Below are positions 8,388-17,370 of a DNA stretch of 28,555 bases, in pieces. Source of the DNA: Candidatus Micrarchaeia archaeon (GTDB lineage: Archaea; Micrarchaeota; Micrarchaeia; Burarchaeales; Fermentimicrarchaeaceae); contig JAVZHX010000006.1 of assembly GCA_038871515.1 (NCBI GenBank), positions 1 through 28,555 on the forward strand, in the 5' to 3' direction. Position numbers and translations under genes: made by a program. Within the stretch, counting starts at the first letter, position 1. Each line of letters opens with the position of its first letter. The notes under the pieces are model-generated. The model made no database searches and was not told where the DNA came from. It saw nothing but the letters and a program-made list of their open reading frames with translations.

Positions 8388-9364
8388 TGAATCACCTTCC
8401 TATACCAAGCGACAGTCATCCTCAACCCCTCCTCCAAACTAACTTTCGGCTCCCACCCCAATAACTTTTTTGCTTTTCTAGTATCCGGCACCCTTCTCCT
8501 TATATCCTCATAGCTCTTCCCATAAAAGCTCTCGTATGGAATAAACTCTGGCTTCAGCTTCTTACCAGCAATTTCAATTACTTTTTTCGCAAGCTCAATT
8601 ATTGGTGTTTCAACATCTGTCCCTATGTTGATCACTTCTCCAACCGCACTTTTCTTTTCAGCTGCAAGCAGAGTTCCCTCAGCTGTGTCGCTTATATACG
8701 TAAAACACCTCGTCTGCTTTCCATCTCCATGCACCTGAGGGGGTTTATTTCTCAAAACTCTGTTTATAAATATTGGTATCACGGTGCTGTAATCACTTCC
8801 ATCTGCTCTTGGGCCATAGGAGTTGAAATATCTTAGTATAACAACAGGTAAACCATATTTTTTATAATAACCAAAGCAAAGATGCTCGTCAAATGCTTTG
8901 CTTGTGCTGTAGCACCACCTATCTATTTTTGTTGAGCCCAGCACCCTCTCCCCACCCTCATTTAGAGGAAGCTTCTCGCTTCTCCCATAAACTTCACTTG
9001 TTGACGCAAAAACAACCTTCGCATCATTTCTTCTTGCAGCCTCAAGCACATTCTCCGTTCCAACAGAGTTCACAAGCAAAACTTTCAACGGATCCTCAAC
9101 ATAATGCTTAACTCCAACGACAGCTGCCTCGTGAATTATAATGCTACACCCTCTCGCAGCTTTCCTAACAGCATCAGCATCCCTCACATCACCTTTTATG
9201 AACTTAAAACCTCCTCTTCCCAAATTATGTTCTATATTCCTCATTTTTCCTGTGCTCAAATTATCCAAAACAATAACTTCATTTCTCTCAACAAGCGCAT
9301 CAGCAACGTGGGAGCCAATGAAACCAGCTCCACCTGTTACAAGAATTTTCTCTCCAGCAATCAT
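8384..9364 (-). CDS. NAD-dependent nucleotide-sugar epimerase/dehydratase, UDP-glucuronate decarboxylase-like
   Basis: TGGAGFIGSH, ASTSEVYG, RWCYSTSK, RYFNSYGPR, GDGKQTRCF, RRVPD; directly downstream of ugd. Confidence 0.85.
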   Translation of the reverse strand: MIAGEKILVTGGAGFIGSHVADALVERNEVIVLDNLSTGKMRNIEHNLGRGGFKFIKGDVRDADAVRKAARGCSIIIHEAAVVGVKHYVEDPLKVLLVNSVGTENVLEAARRNDAKVVFASTSEVYGRSEKLPLNEGGERVLGSTKIDRWCYSTSKAFDEHLCFGYYKKYGLPVVILRYFNSYGPRADGSDYSTVIPIFINRVLRNKPPQVHGDGKQTRCFTYISDTAEGTLLAAEKKSAVGEVINIGTDVETPIIELAKKVIEIAGKKLKPEFIPYESFYGKSYEDIRRRVPDTRKAKKLLGWEPKVSLEEGLRMTVAWYRKVIH

Positions 9365-10686
9365 TCTCCCAACCCAACTCCAGTATAGCTGAAGCCGGCT
9401 CTCCTCATCTTTTCATGGTTCCAAACTCTTCTCGCATCAACTAACAATCTGCCTTTCATTTTCTTTAAAACTTCCGGCTTTATCTTTTTGAACTCATCCC
9501 ACTCAGTAACAACAATGCAGCAGTCAGCTCCCTTCAGACACTCCTCAGCAGAACCTGCGTATTCTATTTTATCTTTAAATATCTTCCTTGCATTCTCCTT
9601 TGCAACAGGGTCGTATGCAACAACCTTCGCTCCTTCTTCAAGCAGTTTATTGATAATTTTAATTGATGGTGCTTCCCTCATATCATCGGTGTTTGGTTTA
9701 AATGACAAACCAAGTATTGCAATTCTTTTATCCCTCAAATCACCTAAACCCCTTCTTGCCAAATCAACTACGTGCAGCGCCTGCTCGTAATTTACCCTCA
9801 GAACAGTTTCAAGTATTTTTGGTTGATAACCAAGTTCCTTCGAGAAAGTTATTATGGCATTCACATCCTTTGAGAAGCAACTCCCGCCGAACCCAGCTCC
9901 TGCTTCAAGGAAAAGCGGTCCAACCCTTCTGTCTAAACCAACTCCTCTTGCAACCTCATAAACATCAACGTTTTTCACTCTCTCGCATATATTTGCAATT
10001 TCATTTATGAAAGAAACCTTTGTTGCAAGTATCGAGTTGCTCACGTACTTCACCATTTCAGCAGAGACAGTGTTCATCCTGAGGATTGGGATTTTCTTTC
10101 CTCTGTAGAATCTCTTGAACAACCTTTCCAACACGTTTCCTGCTTTTCTGTCATGCTCCCCAATCACCACTCTGTCCGGGTTTAACATATCATGAACCGC
10201 CTGCCCCTGTCTGAGGAATTCTGGGCACATGCAAACTCCAAACTCCTTTCCTGCTTTCTTCCCAGAAAGTTTTTCAATAACCGTTGTCACCTCATCAGTT
10301 GTTCCCGGCACAACAGTGCTTCTCACAACAACAACGTGATAACCTTTCTTTTTCCTCAAGCTTCTCCCAACCTCCTCAGCTGCTTCGTAGATGAAAGAAA
10401 GGTCAATTGAACCGTCAGGAGCGCTTGGCGTCCCAACGCATATGAAAGTTACATCTGAATTCAGAACTGCTTCAACCCTTGTTTTAGTTGCTTTTAGCAT
10501 GCCGCTCTTAACATTTTTTTTAATAAGTCTATCCAAATTGGGCTCAAAGAAAGGTGCTTTTCCCTCATTAACCAACTCCACCTTTCTTGGGTCATTTGTT
10601 GAAATAAGGGTTTTGAAACCTCTCTCCGCAAAGCAGGCAGCAGCAACAACTCCTACATAACCTGCTCCAATCACCGATATTTTCAT
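9361..10686 (-). CDS. ugd: UDP-glucose/GDP-mannose 6-dehydrogenase family protein
   Basis: GAGYVG, ICVGTP, RSTVVPGT, PEFLRQG, GFGGSCF.KD (catalytic Cys), FKPNTDDMRE. True start likely ATG 10686 (MKISVIG), not 10734. Confidence 0.93.
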   Translation of the reverse strand: MKISVIGAGYVGVVAAACFAERGFKTLISTNDPRKVELVNEGKAPFFEPNLDRLIKKNVKSGMLKATKTRVEAVLNSDVTFICVGTPSAPDGSIDLSFIYEAAEEVGRSLRKKKGYHVVVVRSTVVPGTTDEVTTVIEKLSGKKAGKEFGVCMCPEFLRQGQAVHDMLNPDRVVIGEHDRKAGNVLERLFKRFYRGKKIPILRMNTVSAEMVKYVSNSILATKVSFINEIANICERVKNVDVYEVARGVGLDRRVGPLFLEAGAGFGGSCFSKDVNAIITFSKELGYQPKILETVLRVNYEQALHVVDLARRGLGDLRDKRIAILGLSFKPNTDDMREAPSIKIINKLLEEGAKVVAYDPVAKENARKIFKDKIEYAGSAEECLKGADCCIVVTEWDEFKKIKPEVLKKMKGRLLVDARRVWNHEKMRRAGFSYTGVGLGE

Positions 10687-10706
10687 AAAAGTATTATGGA
10701 GAAAGT

Positions 10707-10716
10707 AAATTAAATA
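10707..10716. promoter_or_regulatory. Putative shared TATA-like element of the divergent ugd / galE-like promoters
   Basis: AAATTAAATA sits exactly centred in the 50-bp gap, 20 nt from each ATG, which is the geometry of archaeal leaderless promoters. Confidence 0.55.
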
Positions 10717-10736
10717 TTGCCCACCAAAACCCAATT

Positions 10737-11672
10737 ATGATACTCGTAACCGGTGGAGCTGGTTTTATAGGGACGAATCTAACGAACCTTCTTCTCTCAA
10801 AAGGATACGAGGTGGTTGTTTTTGATGATTTGTCTTCTGGGAAGCTGGATAACTTGAAGCAACACCTTCAGAAAAAAAACTTCAAGTTTGTGAAGGGAGA
10901 CATACGGGATAAAGAAGCAGTGAACTCTGTGATGAGAGGAATTGAAGAGGTATACCATCTTGCTGCAGACCCAAGCGTGAAGGACAGCGCAGAGAAACCT
11001 GAGAGGAGCTTTGAGATAAATGTTATTGGAACATTCAATCTGCTTGAAGCAGCAAGGAAAAACAATGTTAAAAAAATAGTTTTCACTTCAAGCTCAACTG
11101 TTTACGGAGAGACAAATGTGCTTCCAACTCCTGAGGAGCATCCAATGGTGCCGATAAGCAACTACGCGGCCTCAAAGGTTGCATGCGAGAGCTATATATC
11201 ATCATATGCGTTCACGTATGGAATAAAGGGAGTTGTGCTAAGGCTTGCCAATATTTTTGGTCCGTACTCAACACACGGGGTGATGTATGATTTCTACAGG
11301 AAACTCAAAGCAAACCCAGAAAAACTGGAGATTCTTGGGAATGGAAAGCAGAGCAAATCCTACTTATACATAACGGATTGCTTGGATGCGGTGCTGCTTG
11401 CCTCAAAAAAGCAGAAGAAAGTTTATGATTATTTCAACGTTGGGAGCAGTGAGATGACAATTGTGAATGAGATTGCGAGGTACGTTTGCTCAGCGATGAA
11501 TGTGAAGCCAAGGTTTGAATACACTGGTGGGAAGAGGGGGTGGAAGGGAGACGTTGTGAAGATGCTGCTGAGCACGAAGAAAATTGAAAAGCTTGGCTGG
11601 AGGAGAAAGGTTAGTTTGAAAGAGGGAATAGAGAAATACATCCGCTGGCTTGATTCTACTCCTTTATCTTAA
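10737..11672 (+). CDS. UDP-glucose 4-epimerase-like extended SDR (archaeal GalE type)
   Basis: TGGAGFIG, HLAADP, TSSSTVYG, PISNYAASK, RLANIFGP, GNGKQSKSY, GWKGDV. Confidence 0.9.
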   Translation: MILVTGGAGFIGTNLTNLLLSKGYEVVVFDDLSSGKLDNLKQHLQKKNFKFVKGDIRDKEAVNSVMRGIEEVYHLAADPSVKDSAEKPERSFEINVIGTFNLLEAARKNNVKKIVFTSSSTVYGETNVLPTPEEHPMVPISNYAASKVACESYISSYAFTYGIKGVVLRLANIFGPYSTHGVMYDFYRKLKANPEKLEILGNGKQSKSYLYITDCLDAVLLASKKQKKVYDYFNVGSSEMTIVNEIARYVCSAMNVKPRFEYTGGKRGWKGDVVKMLLSTKKIEKLGWRRKVSLKEGIEKYIRWLDSTPLS

Positions 11673-14316
11673 ATATCCTCACCGCGCCTGCCTGGTTGTT
11701 TGCTGGGTAAACCTGCTCAAACCCAGGAAGCTCACCAAGTATGAAACCTCTGTAGAAAGTTGAATCATACACCTTTCCCTTTCTATCCTCCCAACCACTC
11801 ACTCCATCAGGCCATATATCTGTTGTGTAGAACATTGTGTACATCTCGTAAAGTCTTCCCTGAATGCTCTGGTAACCTGAGGGAAGTGGAATTCCCCTGT
11901 TCATCCTGCTCAAATTATTTTCATAATATATACCGACTATCCTTTTTGTTGTTTCAGTGTAGCTGTATTTGACGCAGTAGGTGTAGTTTGAAAACGTATA
12001 TGCTCTTATTAGTGGAGAGGATGGCTCAGAACCAGCGCAGTAGTCGTTTATCGTTGGTTCGTATGGAATGAGAATTCTTTCAAAGTTGTGCTCCCTCTCG
12101 CAGTTTGAGGTGCCAAGCTGATACATCCCACCCAACCTTTCTCCTTCCTTGAAAGCGAAGCTCATGTTTGTTTCGTTATTATAAACACAGGAGAGGAAGT
12201 TCAGTGCACCCCACTTCCCAATCAAATCCTGGTCAAAAAGAACGTATTTTGCTTTATGCTCAATCATATACTGTTTCAGCGCTTCAGGAGTGTTGGAAAC
12301 AAACTTATCCGCAACTTCCAAATCCATCTCCTGATACTTGTGGTCGTTTCTTGTCACGCACTTTCTCTGCCCCCAGTAGTTTATCCAATGCCCGTAATCC
12401 CACCACGAGATAACTCTTTCATCCTCCCCAACATTCTCCTTTATCCAATCCATTGCATCACGCCAGTAGCTGGGTATTCTGGAGCAGAAAAGGTAGTACG
12501 AAATCATATGGCCGTCCTCTGCAAGAAGGGTGCAGTTGCGTCCCATCTCAAATGAGTAGGAGGGATCCTTCAGTTCGTACTTTGGGTTGAGCGCTCCTCC
12601 AACTACATCCATCACAGGTCCAGGTTTTGAGAAGTTAAGCCGGATGAAGCAGTTATCGCATGGTTCAACGTAAACAAACGCCTCTGCAAAAAGCGTAAGG
12701 AATGCAAGGGCAAAAACTCCCCATCTCTCTGCTTCCTTGCCAAACGTCCTTTTCAAAGGATTGCGCAGCAGTTTATCCAGCTCCCCAAAAAACATTGTGA
12801 TGGCAACCCCAATCATAAATGAGACATGAAGCATGTATTTGCTCTTGCTCAAACCAACGTAGCTTATTGGGAATATCATGACTGCAAAGAGAACTCCGAG
12901 GTTTGAGCCACGCTGGATGGAGTAGAGGATTGCAAGTGCAGAAAGTATAAACAGCATCAGCAAGAAGCCCATGCTGCTCCCCAGGAATCCGATTGAATTA
13001 GCAAAATCACCAGAGGTTGGAGTTTCCTCAGCAACTGTCATCATCAGCGGGCTTGAAGGACGAGCGATGGATGCAGCCTCATTTACATAATTCCAAATTC
13101 TTGGGCCAAGCGGTATTGGGAAAGAGGGATGGAATGTTATGAGCACGAGAATTGCACCGGCAAGCAGGTAACCTACTAAATAATCCATCCTCCTTTCACC
13201 ACTCCTTTCATCTATTACATGTAAACCAAAAGCAAAAGCAAGCGCAGAGGAGAAGCTGAGTATGTCGCTTGGCACCTCCCACCCAAGATAGGCAGAATAA
13301 ATTATCCAGGTGGCGATTGAAAAGCATAGAATTATTGCATTTGTTTCAATGAGCTGCCAGTTTGACTTTTTCTGAAGAAAGTTGATCAGCGATTGCAACC
13401 CAACGTAACCTGCCAGCACCAGATATACAAGAACGTCTGCTCTTGAGCCAAGAGTTGCTGCCATCGCAGCTATGCCAGCCAGAGCAGCAAATCTTCTATC
13501 CTTTCTTGAAACGGCAAGCGCGTATGTTGAGTAAAAGAAGAAAGCTGCGAAAATGCCCCATGGTTGCAGCTCGCTTTCACCAGCAGCAAACTTCTCTATT
13601 GCTCTTGGTATCACTGCAACAAGCGCAGCTCCAATCAACCCATATTTGTTTCCGTACTCCTCCCTTATCAGTATAAACACAAGGAAGCAGATAAGCGCAC
13701 CAACAACAGGTGGGTAAACGCCTGCTATGAGGGAGAGGAGGTAGTTATCAAATACATGGCTTCCCGTTATATACCCATGTATCGCATACCACTGCACTTC
13801 TAAGTAGTGAACTATTGGTGGGTTCCTCAGCATATCTGGGTGGGGATACCACGCTAAATCACTATACAACGGCACCTGCCCCTCAGTTAGTATAAGCTGT
13901 GCGCTAAGGTCGTAGTAATAGGGGTCAAACTCATAGAAAATTGGAGTGATGCTCTGCAATCTCACCCAGAAAGCAAAAAGCACAATGAGGGTGAGCAGCA
14001 CCCAAACAGCATCTCTCTTCCAATTGAAGGAAATCTCAAAGTCAAATGCCCCTTCTCTCACGCAGAGCAGAAAGCCAACCACCGTAACGAAAACTATATT
14101 TATAACCACAAGCTCTGGCGAGTAAAAAATTTCAAAGAAGGAGAGTAGAAAAAGAGTGAGGGGAGGGAATACTAAGCCAAATATGAAGCCAAAGAAAGCT
14201 ATTTCTGCAAGTGGTATTTTTGTCTTTCTCAGCAGTGCCAGAGCCAAAAAAAAGCCTGGCACAAAAATTGAGAGAAAAACAGGTATCGCAGTCCTCAAAA
14301 ATTCAATCTCCCCCAT
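11656..14316 (-). CDS. aglB: Oligosaccharyltransferase AglB (STT3 family)
   Basis: Polytopic N-terminal part with EFDPYYY and TVAEE (TIXE-like); soluble domain with SWWDYGHWI and DLIGK (DK motif). Confidence 0.95.
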   Translation of the reverse strand: MGEIEFLRTAIPVFLSIFVPGFFLALALLRKTKIPLAEIAFFGFIFGLVFPPLTLFLLSFFEIFYSPELVVINIVFVTVVGFLLCVREGAFDFEISFNWKRDAVWVLLTLIVLFAFWVRLQSITPIFYEFDPYYYDLSAQLILTEGQVPLYSDLAWYPHPDMLRNPPIVHYLEVQWYAIHGYITGSHVFDNYLLSLIAGVYPPVVGALICFLVFILIREEYGNKYGLIGAALVAVIPRAIEKFAAGESELQPWGIFAAFFFYSTYALAVSRKDRRFAALAGIAAMAATLGSRADVLVYLVLAGYVGLQSLINFLQKKSNWQLIETNAIILCFSIATWIIYSAYLGWEVPSDILSFSSALAFAFGLHVIDERSGERRMDYLVGYLLAGAILVLITFHPSFPIPLGPRIWNYVNEAASIARPSSPLMMTVAEETPTSGDFANSIGFLGSSMGFLLMLFILSALAILYSIQRGSNLGVLFAVMIFPISYVGLSKSKYMLHVSFMIGVAITMFFGELDKLLRNPLKRTFGKEAERWGVFALAFLTLFAEAFVYVEPCDNCFIRLNFSKPGPVMDVVGGALNPKYELKDPSYSFEMGRNCTLLAEDGHMISYYLFCSRIPSYWRDAMDWIKENVGEDERVISWWDYGHWINYWGQRKCVTRNDHKYQEMDLEVADKFVSNTPEALKQYMIEHKAKYVLFDQDLIGKWGALNFLSCVYNNETNMSFAFKEGERLGGMYQLGTSNCEREHNFERILIPYEPTINDYCAGSEPSSPLIRAYTFSNYTYCVKYSYTETTKRIVGIYYENNLSRMNRGIPLPSGYQSIQGRLYEMYTMFYTTDIWPDGVSGWEDRKGKVYDSTFYRGFILGELPGFEQVYPANNQAGAVRIFKIKE

Positions 14317-14380
14317 GCAATCACTTTATAACTTTTAGTAGTATAAACATAAAAGTTTAAATAACAAGATAGTGGGTTGC

Positions 14381-15508
14381 ATGTTTGAAGTTCAGATAAT
14401 TGGTGCTGGTCCAGCGGGTTGCATCGCAGCGAAGGAAGCAGCAAAAAGAAATTTGAGGGTTGCTGTTTTTGAGCAGAATAAAAGTATTGGTTCTCATCTG
14501 AAATGCTCGGGGGTCATTTCAAAAAAAGGTTTGGATAGTTTGGGAGTTGATTACAAAAAAGCTGTTCTGAATGGAATACACGGGGCAAGAATATACTCAC
14601 CTTATCTGAATAGAATGGATGTAATTTCAAAGAAGCTGCAGGCGTATGTGATTGACAGAAGGAAGTTTGATGTTATCTGTGCGGAGGAAGCAGAGAGAGC
14701 CGGAGCCATCTTCAAGTTTGGAAAAAAAGTGAGAAAATCGGATTTGAATTCCAATTTAATTATAGGAGCAGATGGCGCTCTCTCCAATACTGCAAGCTGG
14801 TTTGGCTTTCCAAAAATACATGAGTTTGCGTTCTGTTACCAGGCTGATTTTCAGAACGTCTTTATAGAGGAGAAAGGTGTTGTTGATGTGTTTCTTTCAA
14901 ACGCTCTCTTCCCTGGCTTCTTTGGCTGGGTTATTCCTTTAAATGAATGTGAAGCAAGGGTTGGCTTGGGTGTTTTCAGAGATGTGAGAAAACATTATAA
15001 TAAATCAGTGAAGCACTACTTTGAGAAATTCATAAAACATCCAATTGTTTCTGAAGTAATTGGAAATTCAAAAAAGAGGAACATAGTTAGCGCAATTATT
15101 CCACTTTCAATAAGGGAGAAAACTGCGGAGGGAAATGTCCTACTTGTTGGCGATGCGGCTGGGCAGGTGAAAGCAACAACGGGCGGGGGTATTGTTTTTG
15201 GGGGGAACTGCGCGAGAATTGCGGGAATGCTCGCCCCAGCGATGCTTGAAAAAGAAACTGAAAAGTATGAAAGGGAGTGGAGAGGCAAATTTGAAAGGGA
15301 TTTGATGCTGCATAAGAGAATGCGAGTGTTGTATAATTCTCTCTCAGACAGCCAAATAGAACGGTATTTTGCATTTGCAAAGAAAATTGGAGTTGAAAGC
15401 TTTCTTGCAAAACACGGGGATATGGACAGCCCAACTGTGATGATCAAGAGCGCAAATCAAACTACATTAAGTACTCTGGCGAAAGCTTTTGGCAACGTAC
15501 AACCATAA
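14381..15508 (+). CDS. Geranylgeranyl reductase family flavoprotein
   Basis: IIGAGPAG, CSG, DRRKFD, GADG, PGFFGWVIP, LVGDAAGQVK.TTGGGI; ATG 14381 preferred over GTG 14372. Confidence 0.9.
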   Translation: MFEVQIIGAGPAGCIAAKEAAKRNLRVAVFEQNKSIGSHLKCSGVISKKGLDSLGVDYKKAVLNGIHGARIYSPYLNRMDVISKKLQAYVIDRRKFDVICAEEAERAGAIFKFGKKVRKSDLNSNLIIGADGALSNTASWFGFPKIHEFAFCYQADFQNVFIEEKGVVDVFLSNALFPGFFGWVIPLNECEARVGLGVFRDVRKHYNKSVKHYFEKFIKHPIVSEVIGNSKKRNIVSAIIPLSIREKTAEGNVLLVGDAAGQVKATTGGGIVFGGNCARIAGMLAPAMLEKETEKYEREWRGKFERDLMLHKRMRVLYNSLSDSQIERYFAFAKKIGVESFLAKHGDMDSPTVMIKSANQTTLSTLAKAFGNVQP

Positions 15509-15558
15509 CTTCTGCACTCAGCAATGTGAATATTATTAATTACTTACATAACAACATT

Positions 15559-16254
15559 ATGGAGAAGCCACCCTACCACATTGCGATAATACCTGATGGA
15601 AACAGGAGATGGGCGAAGCAGCATAACCTCCCCATAATTGAGGGGCACAGGGTTGGAATAGATAGACTGCGTGACGTTTTGGAGTGGTGCAGGAAGCTGA
15701 ATATAAAGATGGTTACCCTGTGGGGTTTCTCCATGGAGAATTTTGATAGAGATAAGGAGGAGGTTGATTTATTGATGAAGCTGTTTGAGCAGAAAATAGA
15801 TGAGGTGAACAGGGAGGAAGTGCATAAAAATAGAATAAGGGTGCGCGTTTTTGGAAGGAAGGAGCTTCTCCCAAAGAAGGTGCGTGAGAGAATAGAGCAG
15901 TTTGAAAAAGAAACTGAAAAGTATTCAGATTATTACGTGAATATACTGCTTGCCTACGGGGGGAAGCAGGAGATAGTTGATGCTTGCAACTCAATTCTCA
16001 AAGATTATGAGGAAGGAAAGTTGAACGAAGTCAATGAGGAGGTTTTTCAAAATTATCTTTACACGAAAGGTTTGCCCGAGCCTGATTTGGTGATAAGAAC
16101 TTCTGGGGAGATGAGGCTTTCTGGCTTCATGCCGTGGCAAACCTCCTACAGCGAGTTATACTTCTGCCCAAAGCTCTGGCCTGACTTTTCTGAGGAGGAT
16201 TTGAGGGCAGCTGTTGAGGATTATCAGAGAAGAAAAAGGAGGTTTGGAAGGTGA
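15559..16254 (+). CDS. uppS: cis-prenyltransferase (undecaprenyl/dolichyl diphosphate synthase)
   Basis: HIAIIPDGNRRWA, FSMENFDR, AYGGKQEI, DLVIRTSGEMRLSGF, LWPDF, RRFGR. ATG 15559 has an AT-rich TATA-like box about 25 nt upstream. Confidence 0.96.
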   Translation: MEKPPYHIAIIPDGNRRWAKQHNLPIIEGHRVGIDRLRDVLEWCRKLNIKMVTLWGFSMENFDRDKEEVDLLMKLFEQKIDEVNREEVHKNRIRVRVFGRKELLPKKVRERIEQFEKETEKYSDYYVNILLAYGGKQEIVDACNSILKDYEEGKLNEVNEEVFQNYLYTKGLPEPDLVIRTSGEMRLSGFMPWQTSYSELYFCPKLWPDFSEEDLRAAVEDYQRRKRRFGR

Positions 16255-16592
16255 GTTTCCCAAAGGAGTTTGAGCTTGCCGATACATTTTTCAAGAGAGC
16301 AAGAGGTTTGATGTTCAGAAGAAAGATTGAGAAGCCACTTCTTTTTATACTGCCAACCGAATCAAGAGAGCTCAGCTCAATTCACTCCCTTTTCGTTTTC
16401 TTTCCTTTTGACGCAGTTTTTCTTAACTCAAAAGGAGTTGTTGTTGATGTTAGAAGAGTGAAACCTTTTACGTTGAATGTAACACCGAAAAAACCAGCAA
16501 AGTACATAATTGAAATGGAGGCAGGTGAGGCGGAGAGAAGAGGGATAGGGGTTGGTGATAGACTGCCCAGCAGGCATATATTTAAAACATAA
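16251..16592 (+). CDS. DUF192 family protein
   Basis: ELADTFFKRARGLMFR, LLF, IHSLFVFFPFDAVFL, AKYIIEM.AG, GIGVGD; GTGA overlap with uppS. Confidence 0.88.
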   Translation: MSFPKEFELADTFFKRARGLMFRRKIEKPLLFILPTESRELSSIHSLFVFFPFDAVFLNSKGVVVDVRRVKPFTLNVTPKKPAKYIIEMEAGEAERRGIGVGDRLPSRHIFKT

Positions 16593-16605
16593 TCATTAAT
16601 TCATT

Positions 16606-17337
16606 ATGCCAGTCAAAATTGTTGAAACTGCTGAGTTTGATTTGAAGAAGCCAATTCTCGTGGAGGGTTTTCCAGGGATTGGGCTTGTTGGAACAATAGC
16701 GGCAAGCTACATAGTTGAGAAACTTCAGATGCAGCTTTTTGGTTACATCACCTCTGAGAAGTTTCCTCCAATAGCCGCTGTGCATAATAAGATGCCTCTT
16801 CACCCAGCGAGAATATACAAATCAAAAAAGGATAATCTGCTTGTTCTCTTTTCTGAGTTCATAATACCTCTTCACAGCATACACGAGCTTTCTGAAAAGA
16901 TTCTTTCGTGGTGCATTGAGAGAAACGTTAAACAGATAGTTTCTCTTGGGGGAATTGTTGTGCAGGGACAGCAGGATGTTGTTTTTGGGATAGCGAGCAC
17001 ACCCGAGCTTGTGAGGCAGCTTGAGGAAGCTGGAATAAAGACGATAAGGGAAGGGGCAACAACAGGAGTGAGCGGTGTTCTTTTGGCTGACTGCTACTCA
17101 AGAGGTTTCCCAGCAGTTTCACTTCTTGCAGAGTCAAAACCAGAGTTCCTTGACCCAAGGGCAGCTGCACTTGTGATAGAAGCGCTGAAAAAAATAGTTA
17201 ATCTAAAAGTGAATACTGATGATTTGATTGCGGAGTCAGCAAATATTGAGGGTAGGATGAAGGAGCTGATGTATAAAGCAAGAGATGCGCACAGCCACTA
17301 CAAAAAAGTTGAGGAGATAGGGCCCATGTACGGTTGA
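16606..17337 (+). CDS. PAC2-family proteasome assembly chaperone / activator (PbaA/PbaB-like)
   Basis: EGFPGIGLVGTIAA, SLGG, GVSGVLL, DPRAAA; C-terminal MYG. Confidence 0.92.
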   Translation: MPVKIVETAEFDLKKPILVEGFPGIGLVGTIAASYIVEKLQMQLFGYITSEKFPPIAAVHNKMPLHPARIYKSKKDNLLVLFSEFIIPLHSIHELSEKILSWCIERNVKQIVSLGGIVVQGQQDVVFGIASTPELVRQLEEAGIKTIREGATTGVSGVLLADCYSRGFPAVSLLAESKPEFLDPRAAALVIEALKKIVNLKVNTDDLIAESANIEGRMKELMYKARDAHSHYKKVEEIGPMYG

Positions 17338-17370
17338 TTTAAATTCTCTTTTTTTCAAAACATTCTATGT

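Noticed and set aside
10687..10734. N-terminal extensions in the ORF track for ugd (also uppS 15526, permease 20832, asnS 23356, GGR 14372)
   Set aside because: They cross promoter regions or upstream genes; downstream ATGs match family N-termini and SD/TATA spacing.
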